Shown: piece by piece, positions 27,000 through 39,250 of the stretch | How the letters are laid out: each line of letters begins with the position of its first letter | Numbering within the stretch: position 1 is the stretch's first letter | From: the human T2T-CHM13v2.0 reference genome, Homo sapiens | DNA: 64,000 nt | Strand: one strand, 5' to 3' | NCBI RefSeq assembly: GCF_009914755.1 | Contig: NC_060940.1 | The notes under the pieces: generated by a model | Told to the model about the DNA's origin: nothing | Databases searched by the model: none | The model's input: only the letters and a program-made list of their open reading frames with translations | Translations under genes and position numbers: made by a program

Positions 27000-27155
27000 A
27001 ATTGTCAGAGTGCTCAGTGTTTTAAAGCCATCATCCCATAAGCACCCCGTGAACTGAGTACAACTATCCTCATTTTCCATGAGGGGAAACTGAGGTCAGA
27101 ATTATTTTAATAAGTTACCCCAGCATAAGCCAGCAGATTTTGAACCTGGAACCCC
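27000..27155 (-). mobile_element. MIR
   Basis: tatcctcattttccatgaggggaaactgagg..gattttgaacctgg. Confidence 0.65.
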
Positions 27156-27409
27156 AATCCCACGAGAGCCACCTGAATAGACATTCACATTTGAAAGCTT
27201 AAGAATGTGAATATCTTAAGATACCCTTTAACTTAAGTTGCTCTTTAACTTAAGTTGTGCCCTCTGTGTACAACTGCACAGATGTTGTGACACAGGAAAG
27301 TCTTTGTGATGGTCTTTCTTTCTTCCTCATCTCTGGGCCAAACAGTAGTCAGCACCCAGTACCCAGAAATACATGTTTATTGACCCAGGAAGACAGATCT
27401 TGCCCAACC

Positions 27410-27822
27410 GACTGAACTCAGGTCTGGAGGTGTTTTCCAACACCAACAACTGATTGTCCATTCCCTGTGGACACCAGCTGGTTGCCCTATAATTCAATTC
27501 AATTCTGACACTATCTACCTGGAGTCAGCGCCAGCTCCCAGAAGTGAAGGGACTCAGTCCCTTAAGGCGGCCCCCACTTCAGATGCCAATTGCAAGTGCC
27601 AGGTTTCCACCTGCACTTCTGACTCATCAGCTATAAATTGGGATTCCCATGGCCTCCTCCTCTAGGGGCCCCATCCTAAATTACGTCATTAACATAAACT
27701 CAGAAGTGATCAAAAGAGTGAATAACAAAAGATGCTCTCATCACTCAAAAAATTCCAAGGGTTTTAGGAGCTCTGTGCCGGAAACTGAGGACAAAGAGCA
27801 AATAGATTTTTTCTTATGCCCC
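27410..27822 (-). mobile_element. MER21-like LTR, internally deleted
   Basis: acaccagctggttgccctataattcaattcaattctgacactatctacctggag..aattccaagggttttaggagctctgtgcc. Confidence 0.75.
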
Positions 27823-27904
27823 ATGAGAGATAACGGAGAACCAAGAAATGAGACGGGGAGAGGCAACATGATCAGAACTGCAGATTCAGGAGGGGATGGG
27901 GCTG

Positions 27905-28100
27905 ATAATATTAATAACTACTGTTTGCTGGGCATCTACTAACCAGGTTCTCTGCTGGGCACTTTATGGGAGTTTTCTCATTTAATCATTACAATGAACT
28001 GTGATATAAATGGTCTTATCCCATTTTATAGATGAGGATCACAAGTCTCAGAGGGCATGAGTTGCCCAAGTTTTCACAGCTGGGGAGAGGCAAAGCCCCT
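27905..28100 (-). mobile_element. MIR
   Basis: ctcatttaatc..cttatcccattttatagatgagga..gttgcccaagttttcacagct. Confidence 0.8.
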
Positions 28101-29869
28101 GTTAAGCTCCCGATGAATCAGTTTTGGAAGTCTGGTGGGACTAGAATGGGGACCCGTGGGGCTGGTGATCATGCTTTTCAGTCCCAGGATACGGCCATGG
28201 CAGCTGACCCCACAGCCAGGCTTCCCTCTGGAATCCTTTGCACTGCCCCTTCACGGCCTCCAGGACCCGAGCCCCTGTGTCCCCAGCCCTCCCAACCACA
28301 GCCACCTCACTTACCCATTTTGTAGGAAAATCATCCTTGATTCTTTTCTTATGGGTCTCAGGTTACCAGACAAAGTGGGCCTGTGTCTCTAGGAAGGTCC
28401 TTGGGCCTCACCTGCTGGGCACAGAGCCTCAAGAGAGCTCATCAGCATGCCGCCCCTCCAGCTACTCTGGGAAAATGGGTTCTGTGGCCAGAGTCGTTTG
28501 AAGACAGCAAGAGCTGGCACTTTGGGGGTCACTTCGGTGTTTGCCAAGTTGTAAGGCCAGAAAACCCTCCTGACTGGGTTTAGGCCAGTGTTTCCCAAAC
28601 TCCGTGGGCCCAGAATCGTCTTCTTACCTAGAATGGGAGCCGTGTGTAGAACTGGCATCCCAGAGTACATGCTGGGGACCCACTGGCAAGGACAGATGGT
28701 TGAGCCATGTGAGTGGAGACTCGGCTGTGCCCTGCTGTGGCCTTGCCTCTGTTCTAAATGTATGGCCTTGGCCCGCCCCATTGCCTCTCTGCCTCGTTTT
28801 CCTCTGAAAACTAAAAGCCTTAGACTACATCAGCATTTCCCATAATAGTAGTTTCTTGGTAGCATGAATGTGATGATTTTAGAAGGTACATGCATGAACA
28901 ATTTTTGCTTGAATAGTCATATTTGTTTTAAGGTATATTTGGAAAAAATACAACATATTGTATCTGTGATTTCACATATACAATTATATTCAAGTAAAAA
29001 CGTGGTCTATTCAGAAAAAAAAAATCAAAGTGAGTAAAAATGTAGACATGACAGAAATGTACAAATGCCTCAGTTCTGGGATGGCACTCTCCTCAATGAT
29101 CTCTGAAACTCTCCTCGCTCTTCACTCCAGTGAATACTCACTAGCAGATGTGCATGGAAGCCTCTGCAGGCTGATTCAACTTTGCTGAGTGTGACAATTT
29201 CTCTTCCATCTCACATTGGGAGCTCTCCCAGAAGGCTCTTCTGCAAGAGCCAGTTAATGTGAGAGCCCTGGTGAAGAGCCAAACAAGTGGAACTCTTACA
29301 CTGGTTCTGCCACTTTCCTGCCCAGTTCGAGCCTTCACTTTCCTGAATGCAAAGTGCAAGCAATCACGGCCTTGTCTTCTGGAGTTGTTGCAAGGTACCA
29401 GGATCCCAGCATGGACTGTGAAGGGTGGTGCAAACACAAAGGCTTATGGTGATTTGTTTCTCCATTTAAGACTTCCTGGAACTCCCTGGACCAGCAGAAC
29501 TGCTCTAAGGCTGGAGGCCTATGTGCACTTCTCTGTCGATGGGCTTGTTCCCGCATCTCACTATGGCAAGGGTCCTGGACCAGTCCTCGGAAAAGCTCAC
29601 CTTTAGGCCAATCACATCTCCTTTTAAGGCCCAATGCTGCACAGGGGAAATGCTCTATGTGTTCATTCTTACTATTAACAGTGACTACAGCCTGCGTCAT
29701 TTTTTCTTCCCACATAGCAGTATTTTATAAGATGGCCCAGGATCTGGCAATTCAGCCTCCTAAATGCATTACTGATATATGGTGGTTGTAGTGTCTAGGA
29801 TAGAGAGAGATATATCTGGGAAGTCAGCAAAGGAAAGGGCAAAGGAATTAGGGATGGCTTATAAAGCAT

Positions 29870-30025
29870 AATAATATTTAATATTTATTAACTATATATT
29901 ATGCTAAGTACTTCACGCTGCTATTTTGTTTAATTCTTACAATTGCTCTATATTTTGCCATTTTATAGATGAAGAAATTAAGTTTTTGGTAGAGAAGATA
30001 ACTTGTCAAAGATTGCACAGCAAGG
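29870..30025 (-). mobile_element. MIR
   Basis: tgctaagtacttca..ccattttatagatgaagaaatt..acttgtcaaagattgcacagc. Confidence 0.7.
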
Positions 30026-30029
30026 ACGT

Positions 30030-30390
30030 AGTTGCCTTAGCTATCACTACATAGCAGAGAATCATAATGATCCGAGGTTTGGCTGCAGCTTGGCTGATCT
30101 AGGCTGGGCTCAGCTGGACTTGGATCCAGGCCTTCGGTGTGGTTCAGATCTGATCTACGTGCATCTCCTTCTGGGACCAGTGGGCTCCCCAAGGTATGTA
30201 CCTATGACAATGACAGGAGAGCAAGAAGGCAAGCCCAACCACACAAGCACATTTCAAGCCTCTGCCGGCATCACAATGGCCAACATCACATTGGCCAAAG
30301 CAGGTTACATGACTAAGCTCAAAGTTAAAGGGATGAGATAGTGCATTTTGCCCATTGAGGTTGGGGAGGGAGTGAATACTTGCTGCTAGT
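30030..30390 (-). mobile_element. MLT1H-like MaLR LTR
   Basis: ggctgggctcagctgg..ggcaagcccaaccacacaagcacatttcaagcctctgc..cattggccaaagcaggttacatg. Confidence 0.7.
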
Positions 30391-31049
30391 CAAAGGCCTC
30401 ATCTTCCACAGTGACAGAGCTAGGGTTAAGACCATGATTTTTGTCATGACATCATCCTTCCTCCACTGCCATATCCTAGCATGTGGAGAGTTACCTTGGC
30501 TCAATACAGTCCACATTTCCAGCCCATCCTGGCATGCCTCCTCTAAGTGTGCTGGACCACTCATAGCATGTGCTGAGTGTCACGCAGCCTCTGCACTCAC
30601 ATCTTCAGCCCCAAACCTTCCCCTGGATCTTGATCTACTCCTCTCACTGCAGCTTGGGTACAGACAACCCTTTGCCCAGCTCTGCCATTCTGCAGTCTCC
30701 CCACCTCCTGACTCAGCTCTTGATTTGAGTACATGCTTCCACCTTTCTAGATATGGCCTGAGCTCTTTCAAGATTCTGGTACCCACCTACCTCCTCCTAT
30801 GCACATGGGAAGCCGATGTTCCTGGCTTATCACAGCAAGCTCTCATGTATAGTTGTGTAGGATGTGCACTGCACAAAGGACCCCAGTTGGGGGCAAAACT
30901 CAGTCCATACACTGCACACCAAACTGTGTACCTTAGCACGGTGCTACATCTGCCCAGAGGAAGGGGGATGTTTTCTTCATACAAGGTGTCATTGGCTAGC
31001 CAAGCAATGCAATAGCTACTTGTTTGTGAGGGTGGCTATGTATTCTGTG

Positions 31050-31379
<330 letters not shown>

Positions 31380-31779
31380 TAATACAGGCCAGCATTCGCC
31401 CAACCACACCGGGTTTTAGAAGACTCCACTTCAAGTTCTGGTTTGCATCATCTATTGAGACCTAGAAAAAGAAGGATGACTTTGCTCAACTGCCTCTGTT
31501 TCCTTGCAAGTCATCCCAGTTACAACAAGAGGGATGGGCTACACAGTGGGGCCTCTGGCCTTTAATGGGAAAAGCAGAAAGCTGGGGCTAGGCCTCTCTG
31601 ACTTTGAAGGTAAAAGCCAACACTGCAGCCTAATCATTGTCCTGGCCCAAGAATGATGCTTGAGTTCCCTCCACTCAGAGAACTCAGATTCGAGGGGAGA
31701 GAGAGAGAGAGAGAGAGAGGATGGAGAATGAGGTTTCTTTTCAAGGAAGCTTGCCAGTTGTTGTGGCATTCCTGTTGCT

Positions 31780-32300
31780 TCTGCTGCTGCTGCTAATTGG
31801 AATAATTCAAGAGCTTTATTTATTATCTGAGTTTTTTGGACTCTGAATTCAAAGGTTCAATTTCCCTCCTTCTCTCTCTCACATTCTTTCCCCCCTCTCT
31901 TATCCTCTCCCTAATATTTGTTACAGTTGCATTTTTCAAACCATTTACTGTCTAGAGGGTAAGTGGAGTGACACAGCTCATAATGTGCAAATAAATGGGA
32001 ACTAAGCTCATCAGCTCAAGTGGAATGAATTACTGTCGCCGGTGAAATGCAGTGATGGAGAGCAGTGGCCCAGGGAGGCGGGAGGCCTCCAAGCAGGTAC
32101 CGTGCTGGAGTGGCCGGAATAACACTTACCATGATTTATCAAAGAGCACTTGAAAGCTCCTCAGAGGCTTTCAATAGGCATAAAAAGAGGCTTTGTGGCA
32201 CTCGGGCATTGGCAGAACGGAGCGATTAGCGGGCTCAAATGCCTGACCCCATGTGCAGCTTCCGGATGAGAGAAGCCGGAAATCTTCAAAGGCACTCAAG
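31780..32300. promoter_or_regulatory. Candidate conserved enhancer (NKX2/PBX-HOX/TCF/TEAD motifs)
   Basis: TCAAGTG 32016, CACTTGA 32147, TGATTTAT 32132, ATCAAAG, GGAATG, CATAAAA; CpG retention. Confidence 0.4.
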
Positions 32301-32689
32301 AGAGCTGGCCAAGCAGGGGCAGTTCCAGGGGAGGGGACTTGGAGCCAAGAAGCTTCCTAGGATGAGGCAAGTCAGGGGCTTCAGGAACTGATGGGGAAGG
32401 GGACATAGAGAGAGGGTGCAGGAGTCTGGGGGTGTTAAGCTGGGCAAACAGGGAACAGCCCATGAGAGGGAGGTGAGTCCATCAAGGAGGCACTGCAGAG
32501 AGAGGCCGCATCAAAACACTAGGTCCGTGGTCTGCCCACTGGCACCACCCAGAGCCATCTAGAAAAGTCTCCCTGCCCCAGGTTTTCTCCCCTATTTGCT
32601 TGATGCAGTGCCTTAAACGCCTCAGTAGAGATGAAGCCTGTTGGGGAAACAGAGGCTTAACCCAGCATGCTTTTTAAAATAAAAATTCC

Positions 32690-32991
32690 GGCCAGGCATG
32701 GTGGCTCAAGCCTGTAATTCCAGCACTTTGGGAGACCAAGGTGAGAGGAACCCTTGAGGACAGGAGTTCAAAACCATCTTAGTCAACATCGCGAGACCCC
32801 ATCTCTACAAAAGAAAAATTTTAAAATTAGCTGGGCGTGGTGGTGCACACCTGTAGTCTCAGCTACTGGGGAGGCTGAGACAGGAGAATCACAAGCCCAG
32901 GAGTTAGAGGCTGCAGTGAGCCATGATCACGCCACTGCACCCCAGCCTGGGTGACAGAGCAAGACCATGACTCAAAAATAATAATGATAAT
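32690..32991 (+). mobile_element. AluJ
   Basis: J-type diagnostics; perfect TSD aaaataaaaattcc at 32676-32689 and 32992-33005. Confidence 0.95.
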
Positions 32992-33114
32992 AAAATAAAA
33001 ATTCCCATGAGAGACACAGTATAGTCGCTGAAGCCACATGTAGTGAATCCTAGGTAGTGTTAGGGAGAGACTGCAACTTCCCTTCTTTCCACCGCCTGAT
33101 GCTCATCTCACTAG

Positions 33115-33645
33115 TGAAGGAGGTCTTAACCTTGGCTATATGGACGTTTGGGATGGGATCATTGTTGGGGACAGGGTGCACTGTGCACTGTAAGATGTTT
33201 ACAGCATTCCCTGGCCTCTGTCAACTAGATGCCTGTAACACTGCCTTTTCTCCACTTTGCCCCAAGTCATAACAATGAAAAATGTTTCCAGGCCAGGTGC
33301 CATGGGTCATGCCTATATTCCCAACAGTTTGGAAGGCTGAGACAGGAGGATTGCTTGAGGCCAGGAGTTTGAGACCAGCCTGAGCAACATAGCGAGACCC
33401 TGCCTCTACAAAAAACTTTAAAAAATTAGCCAGGCATAGTGGTGTGTTCTTGTAGCCTCAGCTACTTGGGAGGCCAAGGTGGAAGGATCGCTTGAGCCCA
33501 GGAGTTCAAGGCTACAGTGATCTGTGATCGCATCCCTGCACTCCAGCCTGGGTGACAGAGAGAGACCCTGTCTCAAAAAAAAAAAAAAAAAAAAAGTTTC
33601 CAGATATTGTTAAATGTATGTCACCCCCATCCCCAGTGCTCTAGT
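33115..33645. mobile_element. MER20 hAT MITE interrupted by AluJ
   Basis: gtgcactgtaagatgtttacagcattccctggcctct..aaaaatgtttcca|Alu|gtttccagatattgttaaatg. Confidence 0.8.
33291..33595 (+). mobile_element. AluJ
   Basis: ggattgcttgaggccaggagttt..ggctacagtga; TSD gtttcca. Confidence 0.95.
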
Positions 33646-33733
33646 GTAACACCTTTCAGAGCGGGAAAGTGTGCTGGATGCTGGAATTATCTGTGATGGC
33701 CATACTTCTCCACTTTAAATTTTTCAAAAAAAA

Positions 33734-34022
33734 TTTTTTTTTGAGACGAGTCTCGCTCTGTTGCTCAGGCCGGAGTGCAGTGGCGCGATCTCGGCTCACT
33801 GCAAGCTCCGCCTCCCGGGTTCACGCCATTCTCGGCCTCAGCCTCCCGAGTAGCTGGGACCACAGGCGCCCGCCACCATGCCCGGCTAATTTTTTTGCAT
33901 TTTTAGTAGAAACGGGGTTTCACTGTGTTAGCTAGGATAGTCGGGGTCTCCTGACCTCGTGATCCGCCTGCCTCGGCCTCCCAAAGTGCTGGGACTACAG
34001 GCGTGTGCCACCGCGCCTGGCC
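33734..34022 (-). mobile_element. AluY
   Basis: gcaagctccgcctcccgggttcacgccattctc (Y diagnostics); CpG-rich; TSD aaaaattttt. Confidence 0.95.
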
Positions 34023-34229
34023 AAAAATTTTTAATTAAAAATTTATTTTTTATTTTAACAGACAAAAGAAGCAAGCAAGCCTGAAGGAGTTACTAAATTT
34101 CCAGCTATATGTTCTATTGCTACAAGACGTATTTGTTCTAACAAGAGCGATTTAAACTTAAGGAAAAAATGATTATATGGTATTAAGAGGTTGGAGTCAT
34201 TTTGTTTTTTGAGCTACAGGTTTCAACTT

Positions 34230-34526
34230 TTTTTTTTTTTTTTTTTTTTTGAGACGGAGTCTCGCTCTGTCATGAGGCTGGAGTGCAGTGGCGATCTCAG
34301 CTCACTGCAACATCAGAGCCCCTGGTTCAAGTGATTCTCCTCCTTCAGCCTCCCGAATAGCTGGTATTACAGGCGCGTGCCACCACCCCCAGCTAATTTT
34401 TGTGTTTTTAGTAGAGACAGGGTTTCACCATGTTGGCCAGGATGGTCTGATCTCCTGACCTCGTGATCTGCCCACCTCGGCCTCCCAAAGTGCTGGGATT
34501 ACAGGCGTGAGCCACCACACTCAGCC
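34230..34526 (-). mobile_element. AluSc
   Basis: ggccaggatggtc..gacctcgtgatc; TSD aggtttcaactt at 34218-34229 and 34527-34538. Confidence 0.95.
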
Positions 34527-34600
34527 AGGTTTCAACTTCTTATGGAACACATTAAATGTGTACATGCTTATCCTTCTTCCCAACTCTCCTCCTCTGCAAT

Positions 34601-34994
34601 TGTTAGGAGTTGAGTTATATCCCCTCAAAATTCATATGTTGAGGTTCTAACCCCATGTACCTCCCTGTATTTGGAGACGGGGTCTCTACATAGGTAACCA
34701 AGTTAAAATGAGGTCATTATTGTGACTCTGATCCAATATGACTGGGATCCTTACAAAAAGGGGAAAGTTGGATATAGACAGGCATGCACACAGGTAGAAT
34801 GCCAGGTGAAGATGAAGGCAGAGATCGGGAACACAAAGATGGCCAGCAAACCACCAGAGAAGCCCTCAGAAAGAACCACTGCCAACACCTTGATCTCAGA
34901 TTAACAGCCTCTAAAACTGTAAGGCAATAAATTCCTGTTGCTTAAGCCACCCAGTCTTCAGAAGATTCTTCCAGCAACCCTAGCAAACTAATAC
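34601..34994 (+). mobile_element. MLT1B MaLR LTR
   Basis: tgttaggagttgag..aaattcatatgttgagg..ccaatatgactgg..ccctagcaaactaatac. Confidence 0.85.
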
Positions 34995-34999
34995 TCTAC

Positions 35000-36800
35000 T
35001 GATCATTTTCTCAGTCTTATTATTCTTTTTATAGTCTAAGTTTAATAACATGTGCACTCTCTTCTGTATCCATAATTTCCACAATTCTTTAGTCTTAGTT
35101 ATATATTGAAATGGGTCAATTACCGGCACCAGGCTTTTGTATGACAACTTCTCACTCTAGAATTCTTTACTTTAATTCATCTCTAGGTTGGCTGAATTCC
35201 ATTAAGTGTTTCTTTCATTCTGTTTTTTTTTCCCCAAGAAGGATCCGTAGGTCCTACATAACTTAAATTCTTGCACACTTAGGGATGTGTGCTATCTCTA
35301 CACTTCAAGGGCAATTCGGCTGAGTATAGATTTCAGGGTCTTATTTTTTCTTATCAGAACATCATAAACATTGCTCCCTTGTCTTATGAATTAAAAATCA
35401 GTATGGATACATTTGGGGCCAGCCCAATTTTTCCCCTTGTACTCGACTTTCTTCCCTCTACACCCTACATGTCAGATCTCCATATGATTTTTCTTTTCTT
35501 GGAAGTTTGAGAGCCTCTGCAAGACAACCCTTAATTCTGTGTAATTTTCCTGTGCCTATTCACCATACAGTTCAAGTCTTTATTTCACAGATGTTTTGCG
35601 GGAATGTATGTCCTCCTTGCTCTGATCATTATTTCGAGTCCATCATTTGTGTGTGTGTTTGATATCTTTTGTCTTTTATGTCTGCCATCTTCTCTCATTT
35701 TTATATTTATATTTTGTATTCTCTTCCATTTCACTTTTATGATTTTTTCTAATCTCTTTGCCACTTCCCTGGCTGACTTTCCAATCGTGTTTATTCTTGC
35801 TGGGTTTTGCTGCTTTCAATACAGCATTCAACTCTGTAAATCTTTTCCTTTCTCATCCATTTCTCTCCTAGGCTTCGTTAGCATGCTTTTCATCAACTCT
35901 CTGAGTTTTTTCATAGAAAGATCATATTGTCTACAGTTTCTTCGAGCCCATAGATAACCATTTGTCCACCTCTTATTCTGTTATGTTGGGTAATTTTTCT
36001 TGTGATACATGATCGTTAGCTGCTTTTGCTTGAATTTCTTTCCCTGTTTCTTTTTTTTTTTTTTTCTGGTATAAATACATGGGTCCTAGGCTGACTGTTC
36101 CCTGCCATTCCTCTCCTTTAGGCAGGATACTTATTTGCTCTTATGTATCTGGACAGTTATAATGTGGGGTGAGAGGGCTGGAGAGGGGTCAGAGAGTGGA
36201 TGGAGAAGCCCCTACTTTGTTCAGAGTTGTGATCACAGGTACTTTCTCACCAAATCTATTTCCTGTACCAAAGGCATGTGCCCCCTCAGTTTTTCATACT
36301 GGAGAAGCTGATGTCACTCTGTCTCAGGCTGCCTGCACTGAGCCCAGAGGTCACTGCACCCTCCCCCACCCTTCACCCCAGACCACCTCCCACAGTCTCA
36401 TTGAGTGAGGAATTTAGATCCCAGATAAGAGAACTACCTTTCCCCATGATTTCTTCCCTTCTGCTCTGTGGAGTCAAACAGACCTGCATAGCTGTGCCTC
36501 TGCTTCTCTCTGAACATCCCATCCTCATTTATGGCCCCTCTAAACTAAGACAGAAGTCTTTCAGGAGGGTAAACCTTATTTCCAGGGAAAGCAGATCTTG
36601 CTTCAAGTCTGATGAGGGCCCTGCCAGCTCTGTTCACCTGCCATGCTTTGTTCCAGATACAAGAGAGACTGTCCAGCAATGGAGACATCTCCCAGCTCCA
36701 TCAAAAATAAAGTTTATTTCAATGTTTACTTATTTGTGGTTGTTGTATGTAGATTTTAAGGGAGAGGAACAGAGAAGAAATGATTTTATCTTTGGCTAGA
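35000..36800 (-). mobile_element. Ancient L1M/HAL1-like remnant
   Basis: Long T-rich degenerate stretch with reverse-L1-like motifs (ggctgagtataga, ttttcttggaagtt). Confidence 0.4.
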
Positions 36801-37104
36801 AGTCTGTGCTCCCTTAAAATGTCGTTACTATTATGATAACATTTAACTCTAATTATTACAAAACCATACTCACTTTTTAAAACAGACAGAAGCATAAAGA
36901 GGAAATCTGTACTGCCATCACCCTGATAACATCTGGGGCATTTCTTCCCGGGCTGGATAGGATCCCAGATACAGCAGCAGGGGACGGGGAGAAAACCAGC
37001 CCCAGGTGCTCCAGCAGGGTGCTGTCAGTGCCCCCATGGTAAGGGGAAAATGAATCTTTTCATGTCTTTTCTGTGTAGCAAATAAGAATAATTTAGAATA
37101 AGAA

Positions 37105-37300
37105 AAAGAACAAGAACATGGCAGGTACTACATGAATCCTTCTATATACATTAAATAAATCAATTGCCACGATGATCCTATGAAGTACACCCTATTATTG
37201 TCATTCCTACATTATAGATGAAGGGACCCAGGCTCAGCGGTGATGTGATGGGCACAGCAAGGAAGTGGCAGGGAGCACAGGGATTTGGATGCTGGCCCAG
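37105..37300 (-). mobile_element. MIR
   Basis: cctatgaagt..attatagatgaagggacccaggctcag..gcaaggaagtggcag..ggatttgga. Confidence 0.65.
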
Positions 37301-37404
37301 CCCTTGGCAAAGCACTTTGCCCATCATAGGTGCTAAGCACTATTTGAAAGTTAAATCCCTTCCTCACTAGGAGGAGCTGGAGGTAGGACTTTCAGTTTAA
37401 GAAT

Positions 37405-38125
37405 AGCAATTACAGCTCACAACCATTAGGATAGCTACTGTATAAAAACAAAACAGAAAATAGCAAGTGTTCGTGAGGATGTGAAGAAACTGGAACCCTT
37501 GTGCATTGTTGGTGAGAATGTAAAATCAGCTGCTGTGGAAAACATAGAATTAGCATATGACCCAGCAATTCCACTTCTGGGAAAATGCAAGAGACTTGAA
37601 AGCAGGGTCTCAAAGAGTTAGCTGTCTACCATGTTCCTAGTAGCATTCTTCACAATAGCCAAAGGCGGAAGCAACTCAAGTGTCCATCAATGGCTGAGTG
37701 GATCAACAAGATGTGGGATATCCATACAATGAAACATTATTCATCTTTAGAAAGGAGAAATTCTGACACAGCTAAAACATAGATGAACCTTAAGGACATT
37801 ATGCTAAATGAAATAAGTCATTCACAAAAAGACAAATGCTATATAATTCCACTTGTACAGGGTGCCTAGGGTAGCCAAATTCATAGAGCCAGAAAGTAGA
37901 ATAGAGGTTACCAAGGGCTGGTTGTGGGGAAGAGAAATGTGGAGTTAATGCTTAATGGGTACAGAGTTTTAGTTTTACAAGATGAAAGATGTTCTGTGGA
38001 TGGAAGGTGATGATGCTTGCACACAATGAGACTATACTTAATGCCACTGAACTGTACACTTAAATTGGCTATGGTGCATTTCATGTTCTGTAAATCTTAC
38101 TACATTTTGAAAGCTAAGAAAAGAA
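37405..38125 (+). mobile_element. L1MB 3' end
   Basis: catatgacccagcaattccacttctggg..aagtgtccatcaa..atgctaaatgaaataagtc..aatgccactgaactgtacacttaaa. Confidence 0.9.
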
Positions 38126-38635
38126 GAAAAATGAAATCAATGATTGGAGAGAAACTGAAGAGAAAGGACATGGAGCAGAGTTGGAAGGCTGGTGGACACC
38201 TCCAAGGATGTCATAGATACCTGCTAGATTTGGCCCCAGATTGGCTGCAGGTGTCCAAACCCTCCTTGCTCTCTTAGGGGTTCCCAGGACAGCTGCAGAA
38301 TCCCAGTGAATGACCTAGGAGTCATCAGGAGATAAAACCAGCAGAATATGATAATTGAGCTTCAAGGGAAGGGGCAGGATTGGGTAGGCAGTTTTTCAGA
38401 GATAAAATGCCCCGTGGCTGGAATTTAGACAGCCATGCCTGGGAGAATGAGAAAAGATTCAAATCCATTTAGTTTTCCAGAGGACTCACTGGGCACCCTG
38501 TGGTGCATTGCAAGTGTCATATGTGAGGTTCATTGCCATCCACGCCCACTGGGAGGGGAACCGCACTCGCAGCAGGACCTGGCTTTGTTTCCTACCATAT
38601 CCAGAATTGCCTCCTATGTTTATTACCCATGCTCT

Positions 38636-39250
38636 TATTTATTCATTCATTCATAAGAGATCTATTCATTCATTCATTCATCATCCATGTATACATGAAG
38701 ACAGAGGGTGAAAGAGAGCACTTAACCCCCTCAACATATGAATTTTGAGGGGATATAACTCAACCCCTAACAATTGCAGAGGAGGAGAGTTGGGAAGAAG
38801 GATAAGCATGTACACATTTAATGTGTTCCATAAGAAGTTGAAACCTGGCCGGGCGCAGTGGCTCACACCTTGTCTTAGGTTTGGGAAGCAAAGCAGACAC
38901 AGCTCCTCCCCTGCAGAAGCTAACACTGTCAGTGGGAGATACAGGCATTTATCAGGTAATCACACAAAGAAATCTAAACTGCAACAGAGACAAGGGTCAT
39001 GCAGAAGAGTCTCATGGCAGAGAGAGCCCATAAAATTGGAAGGGATGATCTGTCTGCTCAGGCTACTGAAAAACCTTCCCTGAGGAGACGATGTTTGAGC
39101 CAAAAACTGAAGAATAAGCAGGGAAAGAAAGAAACATCCTGGTGGAAGGACAAATGTGTGCAAAGGCCCTGTGGTAAGAGGGAACTTACAAGATCAAGAA
39201 AATAAAAGACAAGTGCAAGGCAGCTGTGCACTAGAGTGAGACACAGCGGC
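38636..39250 (-). mobile_element. L2 3' region interrupted by a templated insertion
   Basis: attcattcattc..gagcac|insert|tgtcttagg..ccttccctgaggagacgatgtttgagc..gtgcaaaggccctgtgg. Confidence 0.75.
38729..38870 (-). repeat. Inverted 142-bp copy of 34503-34644
   Basis: Reverse complement matches 117/118 nt in the non-Alu part and 18/24 in the Alu-head part. Confidence 0.97.

Noticed and set aside
27198-27265. CRISPR-like repeat-spacer appearance
   Set aside because: 6-bp repeats and 11-bp spacers are far too short, the context is primate DNA, and there are no cas genes
30380-31015. Longest ORF (211 aa)
   Set aside because: Non-ATG start, no recognisable domain, Leu/Ser-rich random composition, adjoins repeat remnants; expected by chance in 64 kb
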